Shown here: piece by piece, positions 37,764-52,800 of the stretch | How positions within the stretch are numbered: position 1 is the stretch's first letter | How the letters are laid out: each line of letters starts with the position of its first letter | Assembly (NCBI GenBank): GCA_041568735.1 | Contig: JBFFZG010000001.1 | Coordinates: forward strand, 4,301 to 68,300 | Reading direction: 5' to 3' | DNA length: 64,000 bases | Source: Candidatus Promineifilaceae bacterium | Lineage (GTDB): Bacteria > Chloroflexota > Anaerolineae > Promineifilales > Promineifilaceae | Translations under genes and position numbers: made by a program | The notes under the pieces: model-generated | What the model was told of the DNA's origin: nothing | Databases searched by the model: none | The model's input: only the letters and a program-made list of their open reading frames with translations

Positions 37764-38843
37764 TTATTCATTTTTGCCGAAGCGAAACCAGCCGCGCCGG
37801 CCGCTTTTTTCGCCGTTTTCCGGCGCTTCTTCCCGCTCAGCCGGACTGGCGTCGGATGCGGCTTCCGGCTCCGGAGCCGGTTCGACGGCCGGTGCCGGTG
37901 CCGGCCGCGCCATTTTGCTGCTGGCCGCCTGTGTCCCCTTGTCTTCGAAAAGGGCCGCTACAAATTCATCCGGATCAAAGGGAGCAATATCTTCCATCCG
38001 CTCTCCGGTGCCGATAAAGCGCACCGGCAGGCCGAGGTCGCGGTAAATGGAAAACACCATCCCCCCTTTGGCCGTCCCGTCCAGCTTGGTCAGGATGACA
38101 CCCGTGACCCGGGTCGATTCCTTAAACTGGCGGGCCTGGGTCAGCGCGTTCTGACCGGTGGGGGCGTCGATGACGAGCAGAACCTCGTGGGGGGCGTTGT
38201 GCACGCTCTTGCGGCAGACGCCGTAGACTTTTTCCAGCTCCCGCATCAGGTTGTATTTGGTGTGCAGGCGGCCGGCGGTGTCGACAAAAATCAGGTCATA
38301 TCCGCGGCCGCGCGCTGCCCGAATGCCGTCATAAGCCATGGCGGCTGGATCCTGGCCGGGCTGGCCGGCGATGATCGGCACCTCGGCCCGGTCGCTCCAG
38401 ACTTTGAGCTGATCAATGGCCGCGGCGCGAAAGGTATCGGCGGCCACGACAGCGACCCGGCGCCCGCGCTGCCTGTAGTAGGCGGCCAGCTTGCCGATCG
38501 AAGTCGTCTTGCCGGAACCGTTGACGCCGACGACCATCACCACGGTTATTTCGCGGGGCTCTTCGAGTTCAAAGGTCTCCGGGCTGACCAGCAGGGCGCG
38601 GAGCTCCTGGCGCAGCGCCCCAATCAGCTGCTCCTTGCGGCTGATCCCTTCCTGGCTGACCCGCTCGCGCAGCATCTCGACCACGTGCAGCGTCGTGTCA
38701 ACCCCGAGGTCGGCCTGAATCAGGAGCGCCTCGAGATCCTCCCAGGTTTCCTCGTCGATTTCGCCCATGCCCAGGGCGTTGACGATCTGCCCGAAAGTCG
38801 ACTGCCGGGTCTTTTTTAATGAATCGCGAATCGATTGAAACAT
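37764..38843 (-). CDS. ftsY: signal recognition particle receptor FtsY
   Basis: 359 aa; N domain then [31 protein letters not shown]; an extra ~60 aa follows the canonical FVAALF end. Confidence 0.9.
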   Translation of the reverse strand: MFQSIRDSLKKTRQSTFGQIVNALGMGEIDEETWEDLEALLIQADLGVDTTLHVVEMLRERVSQEGISRKEQLIGALRQELRALLVSPETFELEEPREITVVMVVGVNGSGKTTSIGKLAAYYRQRGRRVAVVAADTFRAAAIDQLKVWSDRAEVPIIAGQPGQDPAAMAYDGIRAARGRGYDLIFVDTAGRLHTKYNLMRELEKVYGVCRKSVHNAPHEVLLVIDAPTGQNALTQARQFKESTRVTGVILTKLDGTAKGGMVFSIYRDLGLPVRFIGTGERMEDIAPFDPDEFVAALFEDKGTQAASSKMARPAPAPAVEPAPEPEAASDASPAEREEAPENGEKSGRRGWFRFGKNE

Positions 38844-38895
38844 ATGCTTGCGATCGGGGCGAACAGCCGCCGGATCCCTTCTGGTGCGGCCAGAC

Positions 38896-39120
38896 TCATT
38901 CTTCCGGCTGATCCGTTAATTCGGCGATCTCCCCGTCCTCGGTTAAAAATTCTATCCGTAAAGCCGCCTGTTCGAGGTATTCCTGGCAATATCGAGCCAA
39001 TTTCTGACCCCGTTCATATAAAGAGAGGGATTCTTCCAGGGTCAGATCCCCGGCTTCGAGCCGGGCCACCGCCTCTTCCAGCGCGCGCAGCGCCTCTTCA
39101 AATGTCAGTTCTTCTTCCAC
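38896..39120 (-). CDS. xseB: exodeoxyribonuclease VII small subunit
   Basis: 74 aa; LTFEEALRALEEAVARLEAGDLTLEESLSLYERG typical XseB helix-hairpin. Confidence 0.85.
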   Translation of the reverse strand: MEEELTFEEALRALEEAVARLEAGDLTLEESLSLYERGQKLARYCQEYLEQAALRIEFLTEDGEIAELTDQPEE

Positions 39121-39193
39121 AGGTTCTCTCCAGCGCGACTGTGTTTCTTTATTTTACCAGGGATTGGCCGCCGCCGGCCGGAATGAGGCCCGA

Positions 39194-40420
39194 TCAGCCG
39201 TCATCCGCCCGTATTTCGGCCGGCCTGGCCCCGTCGGACACCTGGATTTCCACCCGCCGGCCGGCGGTCAGCTCGGCCACCGAGCGCACAATGCGCCCCT
39301 GGTCGTCCCGCACGATGGCATAGCCGCGAGCCAGGGTTGCCAGGGGGCTGACGGCCGCCAGACGGCCGGCCAGCCCGTCGACCCGCCCCACAGCCCGCTC
39401 CAGGCGGCGGGAGAGGGCGTTTTCGAGCGTGGCTGCCAGGAGATCGAGGGATTGGCGGCCGCTGTTGAGCCGGCTGCGTGGGCTCAACAGGTGGAGCGCC
39501 CGGGCCAGGCCGGCCGTTTCCTGCCGGGCCGTTTCCAGGATATCCTCGAGACGACCTTTGAGCGACTGGCGAATGGCGTCGATCGCCCCGGCCAGGTCGG
39601 ATAGGTCCGGCACGGCGATTTCGGCGGCCGCTGATGGGGTCGGGGCCCGCACGTCGGCTACAAAATCGGCAATGGTAAAGTCGATCTCATGACCAACTCC
39701 GCTGACGATCGGATGGCCGGCGGCGGCGATGGCCCGGGCCACCCCCTCGTCGTTGAAAGCCCAGAGGTCTTCAATCGAACCCCCGCCGCGGGCGATGATG
39801 ATCAGATCGACATCTTCACGGCCGTCCAGCCACTGCAGCGCGCGCACGATGCGCGGCGGCGCTTCCCGCCCCTGGACCAGGGTCGGGGCGATGAGAACGC
39901 GGCCGATCGGATAGCGGCGGCGCAGGACATGGAGAATATCCCGCAGGGCAGCCGCGTCGAGGGAAGTGACGATGCCGATTTTTTGCGGCAGCGGCGGCAG
40001 CGGCTTTTTGCGCTCGGCGTCGAACAGCCCCTCGGCCGCCAGCTTCTGCTTGAGCTGCTCGAAGGCGAGGGCCAGATCTCCCTGCCCCAGCGGCTGCAGC
40101 CGGTCGGCGTAGAGCTGGTACACCCCGCCTGCTTCGTAGACCGACACGCGCCCCCGGGCGCGCACGGCGTCGCCATCCTGCGGATCGAAGCGCAGCCGCT
40201 CGGCTGACGAACGCCACATGACACATTTCAACTGCGAGCGGTCATCTTTGAGGGTGAAGTAGAGGTGGCCGGAGCGGGCGCGGGTATAATTGGATATTTC
40301 TCCCTCGACTTCGATCTCCTGCAGGCGAAAATCGACATCGAACAGCTCCCGAATGTATTGGTTGAGCTCGGAAACGGTCCAGATAGCCGGGTCTTCCGCC
40401 GGTGCGGCAAATAATCCCAT
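39194..40420 (-). CDS. xseA: exodeoxyribonuclease VII large subunit
   Basis: 408 aa; N-terminal OB fold (EIEVEGEISNY...SGHLYFTLKD), IGIVTS, ARGGGSIEDLWAFN, long C-terminal coiled stalk. Confidence 0.9.
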   Translation of the reverse strand: MGLFAAPAEDPAIWTVSELNQYIRELFDVDFRLQEIEVEGEISNYTRARSGHLYFTLKDDRSQLKCVMWRSSAERLRFDPQDGDAVRARGRVSVYEAGGVYQLYADRLQPLGQGDLALAFEQLKQKLAAEGLFDAERKKPLPPLPQKIGIVTSLDAAALRDILHVLRRRYPIGRVLIAPTLVQGREAPPRIVRALQWLDGREDVDLIIIARGGGSIEDLWAFNDEGVARAIAAAGHPIVSGVGHEIDFTIADFVADVRAPTPSAAAEIAVPDLSDLAGAIDAIRQSLKGRLEDILETARQETAGLARALHLLSPRSRLNSGRQSLDLLAATLENALSRRLERAVGRVDGLAGRLAAVSPLATLARGYAIVRDDQGRIVRSVAELTAGRRVEIQVSDGARPAEIRADDG

Positions 40421-40426
40421 GGGAAA

Positions 40427-40455
40427 ATTTTAGGACTTCCCCGCCCCCAGCGCAA
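40427..40455 (-). promoter_or_regulatory. candidate promoter giving a leaderless xseA mRNA
   Basis: minus strand TTGCGC - 17 nt - TAAAAT, with only 6 nt (TTTCCC) between the -10 and the xseA ATG and no SD. Confidence 0.4.
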
Positions 40456-40460
40456 ACGGC

Positions 40461-40507
40461 GAGAGAGAAAAAAGACCCGGGCCGTTCTCCCCTGAACGGC
40501 CCGGGTC
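40461..40507 (-). terminator. rho-independent terminator downstream of the amylase-pullulanase gene
   Basis: 13-bp GC-rich stem gacccgggccgtt/aacggcccgggtc, 8-nt loop, followed on the minus strand by TTTTTTCTCTCTC. Confidence 0.75.
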
Positions 40508-40518
40508 CCGTTATTCGA

Positions 40519-48429
<7,911 letters not shown>

Positions 48430-48656
48430 GTTAACCTCTCCCAGATCCAGTTTGAATTGTCCCTTTGAATGGCAGCTGGCAGCGAGTTCGAATCCATCTA
48501 ACCGCGATGCGCAGTCCCACACCGCAGGCCGCCGCGTGCTTTTGGTCGCTTTTCCGAGGTGTCTGTCAGATCCCTGGCCCCTTAACCAGGGTTGTGCAGG
48601 CTCTCATTCTGCGGGCAGAGCTGTCCATCGTATTGCCGGAGAATGTTTATCCGTCA

Positions 48657-48685
48657 ACTATATCCGCACCGTGGGTTCAGGTCAA
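48657..48685 (-). promoter_or_regulatory. sigma70-type promoter for the amylase-pullulanase gene
   Basis: minus strand TTGACC - 17 nt - TATAGT, about 225 nt upstream of the ATG at 48429. Confidence 0.55.
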
Positions 48686-48817
48686 TATGCCCCCGATCCG
48701 CTGCCGGGGCCAATGGCGGCGCATCCGATGGAATCTCCTATTAACCCTTTTTTCGTGCCCATCGCCCCGCTGCTGGTCGCATTCCCGGCCGGGACCTGTT
48801 AAAATAAGGGAGAAATA

Positions 48818-49192
48818 ATGCGATTTATCCCGGAGGTTTTGGCCCTGGAAGCACTGGAATTAGCCAATCTACTCGTCGATTCGATTTCCGATAAAAAGGC
48901 CAGCGACATCCTGATCCTGGATATGAGGGAGCACTCCGTCCTGACCGATTATTTCTTGCTCTGCAGCGCCGGGAGCGACCGGCAGATCCGCGCGGTGGCC
49001 GATGCGGTGCGCGAGGATGCTAAAAACGAGGCCGATATGGTCGCCATGGGACAGGAAGGGTCGGCCGAAGCGGGATGGGTGCTCGTCGACTTTGGCGATC
49101 TCATCGTCCACATTTTTTCTGAAGAGATGCGCCGCTACTACAATCTGGAAGAGCTCTGGAAAGAGGGGCATGTCCTGCTGCGCATGCCCTGA
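48818..49192 (+). CDS. rsfS: ribosome silencing factor
   Basis: 124 aa; ASDILILDMRE..LTDYFLLCSAGSDRQIRAVADAV and WVLVDFGDLIVHIF are typical RsfS/iojap motifs; GGGAG upstream. Confidence 0.85.
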   Translation: MRFIPEVLALEALELANLLVDSISDKKASDILILDMREHSVLTDYFLLCSAGSDRQIRAVADAVREDAKNEADMVAMGQEGSAEAGWVLVDFGDLIVHIFSEEMRRYYNLEELWKEGHVLLRMP

Positions 49193-49210
49193 TCTTGAAC
49201 CCGGCGACCA

Positions 49211-49253
49211 AAAATCAAAAAAAGGACCCCCGATCGGGGGTCCTTTTTTTGTT
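49211..49253. terminator. bidirectional rho-independent terminator between convergent rsfS and ndk
   Basis: ggaccccc-gatc-gggggtcc stem-loop flanked by an A-run upstream and a T-run downstream. Confidence 0.8.
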
Positions 49254-49269
49254 TGCCAGATTGCCTCGC

Positions 49270-49719
49270 CTATTCGACGATCCAGGGATCGACATCCCGA
49301 TCCCACGAGACAAATTCTGCGGCGGAGAAGAAAAGGTTCGCCTCTTTAATCCCATTTTCCGGGCTGTCCGAACCGTGGACGAGATTGCGGCCAACTTCCA
49401 TGCCCAGGTCGCCCCGAATGCTGCCCGGGGCGGCGTCGACCGGCTTGGTGGCGCCGATGGTGGCGCGGGCGGCCGCCACCGCGTTGTTTCCTTCCCAGAC
49501 CATGGCCACAATCGGCCCGGAGGTAATGTATTCAATCAGGCCATCGTAAAAGGGACGTCCTTCGTGGACGGCGTAATGTCGCGCGGCCAGCTCCCGGCTC
49601 ATCTGCAGGAATTTCATCGCCACCAGCTTCAAACCGCGCCGCTCAAAGCGACCCATGATCTCTCCGATCAAACCGCGCTGAACCCCATCCGGTTTGACGA
49701 GTATTAAGGTTTTTTCCAT
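49270..49719 (-). CDS. ndk: nucleoside diphosphate kinase
   Basis: The ATG at 49719 (MEKTLILVKPDGVQRGLIGEI) has AGGAG upstream; NLVHGSDS active-site His. The track ORF extends 22 codons further upstream. Confidence 0.9.
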   Translation of the reverse strand: MEKTLILVKPDGVQRGLIGEIMGRFERRGLKLVAMKFLQMSRELAARHYAVHEGRPFYDGLIEYITSGPIVAMVWEGNNAVAAARATIGATKPVDAAPGSIRGDLGMEVGRNLVHGSDSPENGIKEANLFFSAAEFVSWDRDVDPWIVE

Positions 49720-49760
49720 GCGACCGTTCTCCTTTCGCCTGTAATTTAAAAATTGGCACA

Positions 49761-49791
49761 GAAAAAGGCAGCTGCCCAAAGGCAACTGCCT
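49761..49791 (-). terminator. rho-independent terminator downstream of the giant acidic protein gene
   Basis: minus strand AGGCAGTTGCC-TTTG-GGCAGCTGCCT (11 bp with one G-U) followed by TTTTCTGTG. Confidence 0.6.
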
Positions 49792-49852
49792 CGAATATAT
49801 GACACTCTTAAGCTGAATGTGCCGCTATGATACCCGGAAAGGGTCGATCCGG

Positions 49853-52800
49853 CTACATCATTTCCTGGGCCTTCCGATAGGCGTCGAGTGCCTTCTGCAG
49901 GTTGCCCGACCGCATGTAAGCGTCACCCAGAAGGCGCTGCAGCCCGGGGTGAGGCTGGTCGGTCAGCACCGATTCCAGCTCCACAATCAGGCCGGGAAGT
50001 TCCGCCTGCTCCTGCAGGGCGGCCGCATATGCTGCCAGGGCTTCTCCAGTTTCTCCCTGGAGAAGCGCCGCGCGGGCCGGTTCAAAGTGGGAGCGATCGA
50101 CGACCTCTTCGAGCATGTCGCCATCCTCGTCGCCGGCCGCCGCGGTTTCTGCACCGTCTTCACCCGCATCGGCAGCAGCCACAGGTCCTTCGGCCGCCGG
50201 TTCCGGGATCTCCGGTGGCGTGGAAATTTCCGGCTGGACGTTCAGCGCCTGGGAAGCCTGCTCCTCGGCCGTCAGCCAGTCAAGCACGTCGCCATCACCC
50301 AGCGTGTCCATCCAGTCCAGGCCATCGTCCTGGTCGCCGTCGACGGCAAGCCACTCGGGCAGCGGTGAGCCGCCTTCTTCTTCGAGATCGGCGATGTCGA
50401 TGAAGGGCTCGGAAACCGGCTCGTCTTCGCCGCCAGTCTCCGCGAGCACCTCGTCGAGCAGGTCGTCGACCGACAGATCCTCCAGGTCGGCCGCTGGCTC
50501 CTCTTCCAGGTGTTGTTCGGAGGCGAGCCGCTCGATGATGGCCAGTGCTTCATCCGGATCTTCGGGCAGGTCGCCGATTTCATTGCGCACCAGGTCCTCT
50601 TCGGCGCTTTCTTCTTCGTCGAGTTCCGGATCACTGGCGGCAGCCGGTTCCATATCCCCTTCGATAATGGCGATGCCGTCCAGATCGTCGATCCAGTTGA
50701 GGTTTTCTTCATCCCCTTCGCTCAAATCCTGGGTGAAGAGGGCGTCGAGCTCCTCGAGCAGATCGTCTTCTCCCTCGGCAGCGCGGGACGTGGTCGTCGG
50801 CTGTTCCTGGGCAGCCTCGGATTCGGGTTCCGAAGCGGCCGCTGCCTCTTCGCCTTCTTTCAAGGTATCCAGCCAGGCCAGCGGATCGTCGGCGACCGCG
50901 CCGAGCTCCGGACCATCCAGATCGAGCTCCGGCTCCGTTTCGGCCTCCAGGTCAACGGCCGGCGGTTCCTCGGCGGCGGCCTCCTCGGCCGCTTCGCCGA
51001 TTTCCGGGACGGCGTCGATCTGGCTGTCGAGTTCCAGCCAGGCCATGAGCGCTTCCGGATCATCCGGAACTTCAAACCCTTCGATCTCCTGGCCGAATTC
51101 AGCGGCGTGGGCGATTTCCTCGGCGGAAACGTGAAATTCTTCCCCCTCGGCCGCCGCGCCGGTCAAACTGGCTGTCTGGGGCGGTTCCTCGGCAGCCGGC
51201 GCGGTGATTTCTTCGACGGTATCGGCGAAGCCCTCCGCTTCGTCGAGATCGATCGGCGTGGAGGTAACCGGCGCCTCGAGCTCGGCGGCCTCCCCTCCCA
51301 GATCGAGCCAGGCCAGCAGGGCTTCCGGGTCCTCGGGCACGTCGAATCCTTCGATTTCTTCACCGGATTCGGCCGCCAGGGCGATTTCTTCCGCTGTCAC
51401 CCGAAATTCATCCGTCTCTTCGACGGCGGACTCCGCCGCCAGGTCGAGTTCTACCCCTTCCGGGGCTTCCGCCTCCACTTCCGCCGCCGACGGCAGGTCG
51501 CCGCTCTCTTCCCTGGCGCTCTCCACCTCCGCCTCGATCTCTTCAGACCAGACAAGCGTGGCGTTCGGATCGGCCGCGAGTTCAAACTCTTCTTCCGCCT
51601 CTTCCTCGCCCCAATAGTCGGGCGCGGCGGCTTCCTCCTCATCCGGGATTATTTCAGAGATTGGTTCCTCGGCCATAGCCGCTTCGATCTCGTGTTCCTC
51701 TTCGTCAGCGGAGACGGTCCAGGATTCCTCCTCAGGAGTTTCTTCGTCTATTTCGCCCATTTCGAGGAGCTGGGCCGGTTTGTCGGCCGCCTCGTCGGCG
51801 CCAAAGGATTCCGCCATCCAATCGGACACCTCATCCGTCTCCATGTCGGCCGCATCGATATCCAGCCGATCGCCCGGCTGCGAGGCGTCCCAGTCGACGG
51901 TCGGCGGCTCATCCAGGATCGTCTCCGAATGCTCAACCATCCGGTCAAACCAGCCCAGGTCTTCGCCGGTCTCTAATTCAGGATCCCCGGCCGAGGCCGG
52001 CTCATCCTCCAGATCGATCGTCTCCAACGCCAGCGCTTCGAGAAAAGCCAGGTCGGCTTCAAGTTCATCATCCGCCGGGACCGGCGCCTGTCCAGATTCC
52101 AGTGAGTGGCCCATATCAGCCTCCTGCAGGTAATAATCCTCTCCCCCGATCAGGGCTTCGATCAGATCGAAATCTTCCCCCGGCTGGGAATCTTCAATGT
52201 CATATTCAGGTTCTAAATCCGGTTCCGGTTCTAAATCCGGTTCAGGTTCTAAATCCGGTTCCGGTTCTAAATCCGGTTCAGGTTCTAAATCCAGTTCCGG
52301 TATTTCCAGTTCGGCCTCGAGGTCGTCAAAGAGGTCCGTGAGTTCTTCCCCGGCCGCCCGTTCAACCGTCGCCTCGGCTTCCGCTTCATCGGATTCAAGC
52401 TCGCGGAGGAAGGCCGTGATATCTTCTTCGAAAGCAGCTGGTTCTTCGGCCGCCTCCATCTCGAGGGATGCCGGTTCGCCTTCCCCACCCTCCCCCTCTT
52501 CCGGCCGGGTAGACTCGAGGAGCCAGTCCGGCAGCATGGACGTCGCCCCGGCCTCCGAGCTCGACGGCGGTGGGACTGCGGCCGGCTCCCCTCCTTCTTC
52601 CGGTTCTTCCGGCTGTTCTTCGGCCGCAGCTTCCTCGCTCCAATCGATAGAATCAGTCGATTCCACCAGCCAATCGGGCAATTCGACCCCCTCGCCTGCT
52701 TCGGCGCCGGGAGCTATAGGAGCCTCCTCACCGTCCCCTTCGCCTTCAGACTCTTCCGCTTCACCTTCCGTCAGGTCGTCCAGCTCGCTCTCCGGAGTAG

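Noticed and set aside
48480-48500. GTTCGAATCC string resembling a tRNA T-loop
   Set aside because: The flanking bases do not form a T-stem (GCGAG versus CATCT). No acceptor, anticodon or D arms can be drawn, and the string lies in the pullulanase leader.
52209-52298. Possible CRISPR-like or regulatory repeat array
   Set aside because: The repeats are contiguous 18-mers with no spacers and lie in frame inside a coding region. This is a coding microsatellite, not CRISPR.
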